From a virus: a stretch of DNA of 64,000 nt. Where the stretch lies: positions 2,873 to 66,872 of the IMG/VR virus record IMGVR_UViG_2920962495_000002; one strand, given 5' to 3'. The position numbers and the translations under genes are program-made. Positions 18,066-26,776 of the stretch are shown here, in pieces (position 1 is the stretch's first letter; every line of letters begins with the position of its first letter). The notes beneath the pieces were generated by a model. It did not search any database. It saw only the letters and a list, made by a program, of their open reading frames with translations, and was not told where the DNA came from.

Positions 18066-18372
18066 TTTGTCATTGAGCTTATTCACGCCAGCGCTGGCAA
18101 GTGATGACTACAACTGTACGCAGTTAATGTATGAGCATGGGTTGGCTACTTCAGCGCAGCTATATTGTGGATATGAAGATTACAGTGAGGCTGTAATTAG
18201 TAAAGCCAGTCAATGTATGGCACTCGCAGAAGATCATGGGGAGTCAGATCGATTGAAAGAAACTTTAAAAGAAGGGTTGGCTGATTTTCAGGCAGAGTAT
18301 GAAAATGCCAGTAATAAAAAAGAGATATGTAGTGTGTTTGCCGATCAGTTTCCACTATTTGTAAGACCGTAA
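18022..18372 (+). CDS. Secreted four-Cys small protein
   Basis: Signal-peptide-like N-terminus ending FTPALA-SDD; four Cys in the mature part. Confidence 0.6.
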   Translation: MRLQAALVKIGCGVSLSLSLFTPALASDDYNCTQLMYEHGLATSAQLYCGYEDYSEAVISKASQCMALAEDHGESDRLKETLKEGLADFQAEYENASNKKEICSVFADQFPLFVRP

Positions 18373-18391
18373 AAATATAAGTTTATGAAGA

Positions 18392-18425
18392 AGGGCTTGC
18401 GTTTAAGGCGCAGCCCTATTTTTTT
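18392..18425 (+). terminator. Intrinsic terminator
   Basis: AGGGCT...AGCCCT stem followed by a T run. Confidence 0.6.
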
Positions 18426-18446
18426 AACTAAAATTAAGAGAGTCCA

Positions 18447-19589
18447 ATGAAAGGTTCTTCAGATATGCCACCTTTTGGTGACATCCTCAACGCGGGTATT
18501 CAGGCAGTTAAGCAATTATGCAATCGAACCAACGGTATTACTCCTAAAGCTTTTGATAAGAAGGTAGAAGAAATTACGGGAATTACAGGCGAGCATTTAA
18601 AAATATCTTTTGTGAATCCTGAGTTTCCTATACATGCAGACGATGAAGATGAGGACATGGTTGATTCTTGTTATGCGTATTTAACCGAGATAATGCTATC
18701 TTGCCTAGTGGCAATAGGCGCGATAAAAAGTGAGGTTTTCAATATTGAAGCGAATCTAGGGCAGTCTTCTATTCACCTTATCCCCTTCAATAGCAGGATT
18801 ACGCCTGAAAATTTAATACAGATAGATCCCTTTGGTAAGATTTATTTTTGGCTGGCAGGCGATAATTTTGCAAATTACCGACACTCTGATGTTTCTTCTA
18901 ATACATACCAGTCGAACCTAGGTAGATTCGATTCTAAGAGCTTCCGAGTCTTGCGCGAGGTTAATAAAGCTGCTTATGGGGAAAAAGGCGACCCTTTAAT
19001 TAATCATTTAATTAGCGAAACGATGCGCCGTACTTCTGTATTTATGAATAACTATGCCAATGTAATTGCAGCGAACGACCATGTAAAAGTGACGCCAAAA
19101 ATGATACTGGATGAGGTTTTTCATTTAACCCCATTACAGTTTGAGCATCTTTGTTTGAGTGTGGTTGAGGCCTCGTTAAAGCGAGAGGATCCAAATGCCA
19201 TTTTCAGCGCAAAGCATACAGGACAGAGTAATGACGGTGGTATAGACGGTATTATCACGCAAGACTGTGGCGCTGATGATATTCATACTTATTATATCCA
19301 AGCTAAGCAGTACAGCGAAGGTAATAATATATCAAACAGAGAACTGCGCAATTTCGTTGGTGGTTTTACACCTGATACTAAGTATCATCATGGTATATTT
19401 ATTACTACAAGTGATTTTACCAAGCCAGCACTGGATTATGCTCAAAACCTAAATAGCCATAGTTTAATTTTAATTAATCAGATGGCTTTATTGGATTTGA
19501 TGCTAGAGCATGAAATAGGTTTAGAGAAAGTACAGACAGAAACGTTAGTTATGAATAAGTCGTTCTTTAAAAAATTACGAAAGCATTAA
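18447..19589 (+). CDS. Mrr-type (type IV) restriction endonuclease with uncharacterised N-terminal domain
   Basis: LTPLQFEHLC...TGQSNDGGIDGII...YIQAKQY...LRNFVG...GIFITTSDFT Mrr_cat motifs; AT-rich. Confidence 0.85.
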   Translation: MKGSSDMPPFGDILNAGIQAVKQLCNRTNGITPKAFDKKVEEITGITGEHLKISFVNPEFPIHADDEDEDMVDSCYAYLTEIMLSCLVAIGAIKSEVFNIEANLGQSSIHLIPFNSRITPENLIQIDPFGKIYFWLAGDNFANYRHSDVSSNTYQSNLGRFDSKSFRVLREVNKAAYGEKGDPLINHLISETMRRTSVFMNNYANVIAANDHVKVTPKMILDEVFHLTPLQFEHLCLSVVEASLKREDPNAIFSAKHTGQSNDGGIDGIITQDCGADDIHTYYIQAKQYSEGNNISNRELRNFVGGFTPDTKYHHGIFITTSDFTKPALDYAQNLNSHSLILINQMALLDLMLEHEIGLEKVQTETLVMNKSFFKKLRKH

Positions 19590-19659
19590 TATGTAATAGC
19601 GCTTTCCTATATCTCTAACTAACGGTTGTTAGTTATGCGCTGGCAAGAATACAGCGCTA

Positions 19660-19699
19660 GGAACACCCCAGCCAGCACCCCAGCAAAGCCCCTTAAACT
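19660..19699 (+). promoter_or_regulatory. Late promoter motif GGAACAC-N27-TAAACT
   Basis: Fixed-spacing copy upstream of the protease gene. Confidence 0.75.
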
Positions 19700-19736
19700 A
19701 AGTATATTAACTATGCTTACTTAAGGGGCTTTTTTC

Positions 19737-20663
19737 ATGGCTAAGAAAACAAAACTGATTACTTATAACTTGAGTGATCGTGGTCGCTCAAAAGATATCG
19801 GTACAGATAGATCAGACGTAAGCGTTCAGTCGATGGTTGATAACATCAACTCAAGCCGCACACAAGAGCTGGTCAATAGCGGTGATATGTACGGCTATTA
19901 TGGCCATGAGTTGCGTGGACGTTTCGGTATGAATCCGCCAGACGTTTGGGTAAACCCTAATACTAATGAAACAATCCGCATTGAACCAGCTATCCGCACT
20001 ATCAAGTTATCGGCTGATAATAGTGGCAATGTCTCAACGCAGCATGAGTTTTTAGACACTGATAGCGGTAAATACTCAGAGCGCCTATATGCCAACAAAG
20101 TAGGCGGCTTTTCTAGTGCTGTCATGCGCAAACGTGGCGCTGGCGGGTTGTATGATGTCACAGGCTTTTACGGCTATGACTTTGTGCGCCAGCCAAACTA
20201 CAACACCAATCGCGGTGACGGACTTTTTGACGCGCTATTCATCGAGCAAGAGGATGGTGAATTTGCATTTGATAGTGTCGCTGGCATGACCTCGCAGCAA
20301 TCCGCTATCAAGTCAGCATTAGAGACAGCCATTGTCCACCAGTACGACAGTATCTTAACGGCTATTCAGTCGGACGCTATGATTAATCACTACCAGAATG
20401 AAGTGGTCGCCGCTCAAGAAGAGGCGATTAATCGTGAGTTGCGTCAAAAGAACATCCAAGCCAAACGTGCCAGCCGCAAAGAAGTGCTATTTGACAACCT
20501 TGTCTGCCCGTCAGTGCCATTTAGTGAGATTGCCGCGCAATGGGATAGCTTTAACGATCAAGGTACTAGCGACAAAGATTTACGCACGACTGAGAGCGCT
20601 AAAAAAACGCACTTGGATAGCGAGCGTAAGACTGAGCGTGTTTTCTTATTTGGTAATCGATAG
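19737..20663 (+). CDS. Prohead maturation protease (P1 Pro-like)
   Basis: GDMYGYYGHELR and VGGFSSAV motifs resembling P1-type Pro. Confidence 0.7.
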   Translation: MAKKTKLITYNLSDRGRSKDIGTDRSDVSVQSMVDNINSSRTQELVNSGDMYGYYGHELRGRFGMNPPDVWVNPNTNETIRIEPAIRTIKLSADNSGNVSTQHEFLDTDSGKYSERLYANKVGGFSSAVMRKRGAGGLYDVTGFYGYDFVRQPNYNTNRGDGLFDALFIEQEDGEFAFDSVAGMTSQQSAIKSALETAIVHQYDSILTAIQSDAMINHYQNEVVAAQEEAINRELRQKNIQAKRASRKEVLFDNLVCPSVPFSEIAAQWDSFNDQGTSDKDLRTTESAKKTHLDSERKTERVFLFGNR

Positions 20664-20671
20664 GGGTGGGT

Positions 20672-21562
20672 ATGAGCAACAACAGACTACTATCACCCCT
20701 TGAGTCTATGCAAGTGGCGTGGGGTTTGGTGCTACGTGACTTTAGACAGTGGTGCTCACCGTCTGGTCAAAAGTCTATCCGCGACTGGAAAACGCGCCGC
20801 ATCGAGGGCGCTATTATTGTCTCAAAGTCTGAAATGGTCGATGATGCTGAGGCTATGTTAAAAGCGATACAGCAAAACGAGAATGCCAAGGCAATGGGTG
20901 ATACTACTAACAGTGGGCCATCTGTCTATCTGCCTATCATGGTCACAGCCATTAGTGCTATTGAGTCACCACCTGAGCGTGACATTGTGCAGCCTAACGC
21001 CAACTGGCTAAATGTCATCGTGCCAGCGGACCCATTGCAGCGTGTGGTGCAACTTCGTACCGCTGCTATTGCTTATCGCTGTCAAATTGCCTTTTTTGCC
21101 GCTGATCCTCACGCCGCCTCATCTATTGCCAAGCAGTTTGTAAACTTTTGGACACATGAGGGCAAGCGTAGTTTTGACGTGGCTTATGAGCTTGGTTTTG
21201 CTGGCACGTCTATTGTCAAAGACAAATGGAACTTTAAGGTCGTTGAAAACACGCTTTATCCTGACAAAATCGATGTCGGCATTAAAAACATTCATGGTGC
21301 TACGGTTGATTGTGTGGTCGTAGGACTTGAGCCTACGGTGGTTGGCTTAGGTCATCTTGACGACGATATAACGGACACGGGAGAGCCAGACGGAAGTATT
21401 CCACCAGGCTTGCCACCAGTGCAAGGCCATCGTGACCCACCAGAGTCGCTAAATGGCGTGGTTATTGAGGCTGATGTGATTGACAAAGCCGCTGGCAGGC
21501 ATACGCGGGTTAATGCTGATCCTGACACTGGGGTTATTACTCAGAGTGAGGTTAAAGACTGA
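20672..21562 (+). CDS. Conserved late/morphogenesis protein, function unclear
   Basis: About 296 aa in the protease-terminase operon. Confidence 0.6.
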   Translation: MSNNRLLSPLESMQVAWGLVLRDFRQWCSPSGQKSIRDWKTRRIEGAIIVSKSEMVDDAEAMLKAIQQNENAKAMGDTTNSGPSVYLPIMVTAISAIESPPERDIVQPNANWLNVIVPADPLQRVVQLRTAAIAYRCQIAFFAADPHAASSIAKQFVNFWTHEGKRSFDVAYELGFAGTSIVKDKWNFKVVENTLYPDKIDVGIKNIHGATVDCVVVGLEPTVVGLGHLDDDITDTGEPDGSIPPGLPPVQGHRDPPESLNGVVIEADVIDKAAGRHTRVNADPDTGVITQSEVKD

Positions 21563-21564
21563 TT

Positions 21565-22110
21565 ATGACCAACACGCCAGCCAAGCCCACCAATCCCAAC
21601 CTAGTTACTATTGACGCACGAGCCGCAAGCTATGACGGTGATCCGGTGCGCATACTTGCAGTGACATCGGCTGACAGTGGCAAAATATTAGTCGCCAAGC
21701 AAGATCACTGGAAGGATCAGCCAAAAGCCAAAGAGAATACGATTGTCGTTACTGATACGCCTAATCTTTTTGGACATTGGGGCATGGCGTTTAATGAGAA
21801 GGAGCAGATGAGTACGGTTATGAGTGCTTACAAGGCGGCTAATGCAGCAGGTCTTTTAAGCATTGATGACTCGCTGGCACGTTATGATCCAAAAAATGTT
21901 ATCCAGACGCGCAAGTTTGACGAGCGCGGGCGTGCCCTTGACTTTGACAGCATGGGGATGAATAACGGGCATATCGCGGTACTTCTTGCTATTTGGGCAG
22001 CAAGACAGGCACATGGGGGTTATGTTATTACACGCCAGCCTAGTGACGATGGTGAACCGCTAGAGGATGATGATGACAGTGAGTTTGAAATGATGCCGTT
22101 TAGCATCTAA
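21565..22110 (+). CDS. Hypothetical late protein
   Basis: 181 aa with acidic tail, upstream of the terminase. Confidence 0.6.
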   Translation: MTNTPAKPTNPNLVTIDARAASYDGDPVRILAVTSADSGKILVAKQDHWKDQPKAKENTIVVTDTPNLFGHWGMAFNEKEQMSTVMSAYKAANAAGLLSIDDSLARYDPKNVIQTRKFDERGRALDFDSMGMNNGHIAVLLAIWAARQAHGGYVITRQPSDDGEPLEDDDDSEFEMMPFSI

Positions 22111-22119
22111 GGCTTTTTA

Positions 22120-23670
22120 GTGATTGAGAATCTATATGAGCTACCAGAGTGGCGTGAGGTATGTAAGCGGTATCGCTATGACATAACACGCTTTGCCGTC
22201 GAAGCGTTAGGAATGACTTATGCCAATGGTCAGGGCGTAACCCCGCAGCAAGAAACGCTTTTTAAGTCGATTGTCGTGCCTGGCAGTCGAACCACTGTGG
22301 CGTCTGGTCATGGTACAGGTAAATCTAGGTCGGCTGGCATCGTCGCTTTATGGCATCTGCTGTTTTATCCTGAATCAGTCATGCTATTCACAGCACCGCA
22401 AATTGGACAGCTACGCACAGTCGTATGGAAAGAGATTAATATCTGTTTGCAGCGACTCAAGAATAATCCCGCAGTTGGCTGGCTTGCTGATTTTGTGGTG
22501 GTGCTCGCTGAAAAAATCTACATTAAAAACTTTAAAGATACGTGGTTTGTGTTCGCTAAAACCGCGCCTAAACACTCGCCAACCAATATCGCTGGTCAGC
22601 ATGGCGATTACTACATGGTATGGGGTGATGAAGCGGCTGGTATTGATGACGAGGTGATGGAAGTCGTTATTGGGGCATTGACGCATGAGAATAACCGCGC
22701 TGTACTGACTAGCCAGCCCGCCACCAGTACGGGGTTTTTCTATGACACGCACCACAGTCTGAGCCTCACCAATGGCGGTATATGGGTAAATCTTATATTC
22801 AATGGTGAAGAGTCGCCGCTAGTCAGCAAAACAAAGCTGATCGAGGCATTATATCAATATGGCAGCCGCGATCACCCAGGCTACTTAATCCGCATACGTG
22901 GTCTATTCCCCGAACTCAAAGGCAAATACTTACTCACTCGTACTGAGATCACTAACATGCTGGCACGTAAGCCTGCTGTGACTGAGGATGACGAGTACGG
23001 TTATATTGTGACAGTCGATGTGGGCGGTGACGTTGGACGAGATCATAGCGTTATCACGGTGATGAAAGTTGTTGATAAAGACTATAACGGGCGTATTGAG
23101 CGTCATGTCCATGTGGCTGATATACCGCTGTTTAGCAATCGCGCTAATATCAATGAGCTAAAAGCCAATATTTATAGCGTCATGGCTGAGTATGCAGGGG
23201 CAACGCTAGTTATTGATCCAATGGGTGCTGGCATGGGATTGTGTCAGCTACTCAAGTCTGAAGGCTTGTACTTTGAAACGGTCAACTGGGGCGTGCCTTG
23301 TTTTAACAATAACTTGAAAGCGCTGTACTTTAATAAGCGTGCTCACGCCTATGTCAGCATGGCGAAAAGCGTTGAGCGCGGCATCTTTAGTGTGAGTGAT
23401 AAGGTGCGTGCTCAGTACCAGATGATTAAGGATATGGAAACACAAATGAGCCGCTTACCGTACTTCTTTGATGAGCGTTCACGCTGGGGCATTGTCAGTA
23501 AAAAAGACATGGCAAAAGACGGCATCACCTCACCCGATTTAGCAGATACTTTTGCTTTTGGCTTTATGGAGCGGATTAGTTATTCACCAGTCAACAAGGC
23601 GGAGTTTGTCGGTAGCGTGAAGGATAAAGAGCAGTGGGAGGATTTAAACGAGCTGGCAGCTATGCTTTAG
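22120..23670 (+). CDS. pacB: Terminase large subunit (P1 PacB-like)
   Basis: VASGHGTGKS Walker A, VWGDEAAG Walker B, RNase H-like VTVDVGG, IDPMGAG, SPDLADTF; N-terminal WREVCKRYRYD. Confidence 0.9.
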   Translation: MIENLYELPEWREVCKRYRYDITRFAVEALGMTYANGQGVTPQQETLFKSIVVPGSRTTVASGHGTGKSRSAGIVALWHLLFYPESVMLFTAPQIGQLRTVVWKEINICLQRLKNNPAVGWLADFVVVLAEKIYIKNFKDTWFVFAKTAPKHSPTNIAGQHGDYYMVWGDEAAGIDDEVMEVVIGALTHENNRAVLTSQPATSTGFFYDTHHSLSLTNGGIWVNLIFNGEESPLVSKTKLIEALYQYGSRDHPGYLIRIRGLFPELKGKYLLTRTEITNMLARKPAVTEDDEYGYIVTVDVGGDVGRDHSVITVMKVVDKDYNGRIERHVHVADIPLFSNRANINELKANIYSVMAEYAGATLVIDPMGAGMGLCQLLKSEGLYFETVNWGVPCFNNNLKALYFNKRAHAYVSMAKSVERGIFSVSDKVRAQYQMIKDMETQMSRLPYFFDERSRWGIVSKKDMAKDGITSPDLADTFAFGFMERISYSPVNKAEFVGSVKDKEQWEDLNELAAML

Positions 23671-23681
23671 CTATGAATGTC

Positions 23682-23690
23682 TGTTATAAT
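23682..23690 (+). promoter_or_regulatory. Extended -10 sigma70 promoter (TGTTATAAT) for the tRNA-like RNA
   Basis: Perfect TGnTATAAT about 100 nt upstream of the tRNA-like element. Confidence 0.55.
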
Positions 23691-23786
23691 TATTGTGCTA
23701 GCAGATTGTATCGAGCAGGGGTTCCTATTTGATGTGCACAGCATGAAACTAGCTGACTAACAAAGGTTCGCGTAAGGCGTAAACTA

Positions 23787-23858
23787 GGTTGTGTAGCTCA
23801 GTCGGTAGAGCAATTACCATCGTATAATGTGGCGTTGGTTCGAGTCCAACCACAATCG
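23787..23858 (+). tRNA. tRNA-like gene with atypical anticodon arm (identity undetermined, possibly pseudo-tRNA)
   Basis: Acceptor GGTTGTG/CACAATC, D arm GCTC-AGTCGGTA-GAGC, T arm GTTGG-TTCGAGT-CCAAC; anticodon arm only ATTA/TAAT with an 8-nt loop; no encoded CCA. Confidence 0.6.
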
Positions 23859-23859
23859 C

Positions 23860-23892
23860 AAAGCCCATCTATTAATTTAGGTGGGTTTTTTA
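23860..23892 (+). terminator. Intrinsic terminator after the tRNA-like gene
   Basis: AAGCCCATCTA...TAGGTGGGTT stem plus T run. Confidence 0.7.
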
Positions 23893-23894
23893 AT

Positions 23895-23966
23895 GTCTAA
23901 AGTTGGTCTAAAGTTAGACGTGAATGTCTAAATTACACCGCAAGCTACACCTCGATGTCTAAAGTT
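23895..23966. repeat. GTCTAAAGTT repeat cluster
   Basis: Copies at 23895, 23906, 23957, variant GTCTAAATT at 23926; GTCTAA-AG-TTAGAC palindrome at 23906-23919. Confidence 0.7.
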
Positions 23967-24063
23967 ATCTCACATCATTTTGTGTTTTCTCGCTGATTAA
24001 AAGACGTTTATACACCCATAAAGCAACGTCTTACGACCTATATCAATAGGTCTATCGCACACT

Positions 24064-24102
24064 GGAACACCACCCACCGTACTTGCCGGCACACGTTAAA
24101 CT
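24064..24102 (+). promoter_or_regulatory. Late promoter motif GGAACAC-N26-TAAACT
   Basis: Upstream of the tail fibre gene. Confidence 0.75.
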
Positions 24103-24138
24103 AATACTCATTACTATACTGATTATTGGATTAAAACA

Positions 24139-26469
24139 ATGGCAGACCCTATTATTTTTACGATCACCGAGGCTGGCAAGCAAGCCGCCTTCGCTGCTAA
24201 TGCAGATTCAGCACAACTCAAAATCAATCTAACACAAGTAGCAGTCGGCACCAAAAAGCGCGCCGTGACAGGCAATGAGACCGCACTCACGACTGAGTTT
24301 AAGCGCGGTAGTATTGTGTCAGGGGATGTTGAGGCTCAAAGCAATACCTTGCGCTTTACCAGCTCGATGACGGCGAATGTTATAACCGATATTTACGAGA
24401 TTGGCTTGATGACCGATGACAACGTATTGTTTGCGATTGCAGGCTCGAATGCTGCGCCTTTGTTTAGCTTGCACCCTGATGTCACTTTTGTTATTGCCCT
24501 TGGCTTGTCGCTAGATGATATTGATGCCAGTAATATAACAGTCACCACCGATACCAATGGGGCGCTATCCATTGTAATGATGGAGAATCATTTAGCCGCG
24601 CCAGATCCTCACCCGCAATACTTGAATAAAAACCGTTTCCAACTTGCGATGCGTGCGCTTTACCCGATGGGTTATCAGTACCATTCACATGAGCCAGTCA
24701 ATCCTAAGCCTATCTTTGATGACATTCTTGGCTTAGATACCGCTTGGCGTCGAGTTACGGGCAAGATCTTTGTGTCGTCAGATCCTAGTGATCCATTTAT
24801 TAATACTTACGGCCTTGTTTTAGGTCAAAAAGGCATGACAGAGGTACTAGCCAGCGGCGCACGCCCTCACGTCTACCCATTGCAAACAACACATACGTTT
24901 GAGCGCTACAATCCAGACGATGTTATTGCGACAGTATGGAATGTAAAAGCCAGTAAGACCTCGATTAATGAAGGCGGTGCAGTGCGATTTACGGTAACGG
25001 CTAACAATCTACCAGACGGTCAAATACTTAACTGGTCGGTAAAAGAGGGTGCTTTAAACGGCAGTAATAACGATATAACAAGTCCAGATAAAACCGATAG
25101 CGGCACGGTCATACTCAGAAACGGGCAAGCGGTCATCGACTTTACTACTACGCCCGACGATAACGTGGCAGAACCGCAAAAGCATGTCCGACTAACGGTG
25201 GGCGCACCAGCGAACCTATCAATAAACGTGCCGGTCAATGATGCTGGACATAATGAGACAGCCCTACACATAACGCAAAGTACCACTAATGGTATTGATC
25301 TGGCTGAGTATTACAAACAGCAAAACGGCTCATACCCAACAGCAACCGATAAGATACGTTTTATTGTTGATGCTGGCGTGGACATTATCGCGCCCAATAC
25401 GAGCACGCCAGCCATGATAGAAGGTAGTAACTGGACTAGCGGTGCTGAGATTGTCGTGGAAAATAGAGGTCGTATTTTAGGGCGTGGCGGTGATGGTGGT
25501 ATGGGGGCAGTCACCCTTATTGATAGCTATAATCGCAATAGTTTCTCAGTATCGGATGTGGCTACAGCGGGCAAAAACGGCGGCACAGCCATTAAGGGTA
25601 GTATCGAGGTCGATAATTATGGCGTTATTGCTGGCGGCGGTGGCGGCGGTGGCGGTGGTGGTGCTTGGAGTTACAATGAGGTTGAAGGAGAAGGTTCCGC
25701 TATAGTGGGTCAGCAAAACGGTACAGCGTCAGGTGGCGGTGCGCCTTATGGCTTAGCGACTCTTAACGCGGGTTCAGCAGAATGGTTTTTAGCTGATAAT
25801 AGAAACCCTGATTTAAACCTAATTAAATCAGCGCTTGAGGCTATGCCTAATAACGCTACCATCAAAATAACACCCAGTGCTGAAGTGCCTTCCGTAATTT
25901 TAGAGAGCACCAGTCAATCCGTAGTCACCCTAGAAAACTTCAATTTTCGCCCAGCACTCAAAGTACCAACAACACTCCCCAAGGCTGTATCAGCCATCCC
26001 TAACGGGGAGGTTTATGATTTATATAAATCGGATATTGATTCAGATACACAAGACAGGGTATTTTTTCAATACATTTGGTCTGATTCAGTGTATGAGCGC
26101 TACAATTTATCAGGGCTTTGCAAAAGAGCACTTAACGGTGGCGTTACGTCAGGTGGTGTGGGTGGGTACAGCGTAGGCTCGTATTGGCCGTTCCATTTTT
26201 ATAAAGCCAGCGTTAGGCCTAACCTATCTAAATCGCGGGGTGGTAAAGGTGGTGATATTGGTGAAAATGGTGAAAATGGCATAATTGAATCTTTGATCGT
26301 GCAAGATACAATTATGCAGCCGCCAACTTTCCGACTTTTCCCGAAGCCCGAGACAACCGATAGTAACTATAAGGAGTCTTCACCAGCCAGCGGCGGCCTA
26401 GCAGGTTACATAAAAGAAGGTAGCGTGACCATCAATAACCTATCAGGCGGCACAACCAAAGGGCGCTAA
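24139..26469 (+). CDS. Tail fibre / receptor-binding protein with gp38-like Gly-rich adhesin tip
   Basis: Fibre N-terminus (ITEAGKQA...LTQVAVG), HLAAPDPHPQYL, Ig-like SKTSINEGGAVRFTVT, and VENRGRILGRGGDGG / NYGVIAGGGGGGGGG motifs. Confidence 0.8.
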   Translation: MADPIIFTITEAGKQAAFAANADSAQLKINLTQVAVGTKKRAVTGNETALTTEFKRGSIVSGDVEAQSNTLRFTSSMTANVITDIYEIGLMTDDNVLFAIAGSNAAPLFSLHPDVTFVIALGLSLDDIDASNITVTTDTNGALSIVMMENHLAAPDPHPQYLNKNRFQLAMRALYPMGYQYHSHEPVNPKPIFDDILGLDTAWRRVTGKIFVSSDPSDPFINTYGLVLGQKGMTEVLASGARPHVYPLQTTHTFERYNPDDVIATVWNVKASKTSINEGGAVRFTVTANNLPDGQILNWSVKEGALNGSNNDITSPDKTDSGTVILRNGQAVIDFTTTPDDNVAEPQKHVRLTVGAPANLSINVPVNDAGHNETALHITQSTTNGIDLAEYYKQQNGSYPTATDKIRFIVDAGVDIIAPNTSTPAMIEGSNWTSGAEIVVENRGRILGRGGDGGMGAVTLIDSYNRNSFSVSDVATAGKNGGTAIKGSIEVDNYGVIAGGGGGGGGGGAWSYNEVEGEGSAIVGQQNGTASGGGAPYGLATLNAGSAEWFLADNRNPDLNLIKSALEAMPNNATIKITPSAEVPSVILESTSQSVVTLENFNFRPALKVPTTLPKAVSAIPNGEVYDLYKSDIDSDTQDRVFFQYIWSDSVYERYNLSGLCKRALNGGVTSGGVGGYSVGSYWPFHFYKASVRPNLSKSRGGKGGDIGENGENGIIESLIVQDTIMQPPTFRLFPKPETTDSNYKESSPASGGLAGYIKEGSVTINNLSGGTTKGR

Positions 26470-26470
26470 C

Positions 26471-26776
26471 ATGCTAACCAATATCTACCTAAACGCCGTC
26501 CGATCTCACGTTGACCTTCTGGTCAGGCGTGGGCGTACCGACAAGCTCATTATCTGGGACGTGGGGCGTGACGAGATACACGACCCAACGCTAATCGCCT
26601 ACCGCGCCTATGGCAACCGTGATAATGCAGATGTCGTCATGCTATGCGCTGGCACGAATAGAGTAGGTGAGGCGTTACCCAATCGCCGCATCTACTTGCC
26701 ATTACCCGCCAGCCTAGCGCAAATCAAGCGTACTTACACCAATAGCGGACTGATAGACGGGGTAATTAATGGCTGA
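26471..26776 (+). CDS. Small baseplate (tail-X/LysM-like) protein
   Basis: DPTLIAYRAYGNRDNADVVMLCAG...IYLP pattern. Confidence 0.55.
   Translation: MLTNIYLNAVRSHVDLLVRRGRTDKLIIWDVGRDEIHDPTLIAYRAYGNRDNADVVMLCAGTNRVGEALPNRRIYLPLPASLAQIKRTYTNSGLIDGVING

Noticed and set aside
23728-23752. TTGATG-TGCACAGCA-TGAAAC looked like a hammerhead ribozyme core
   Set aside because: It lacks the required CUGANGA and convincing stems I and III.
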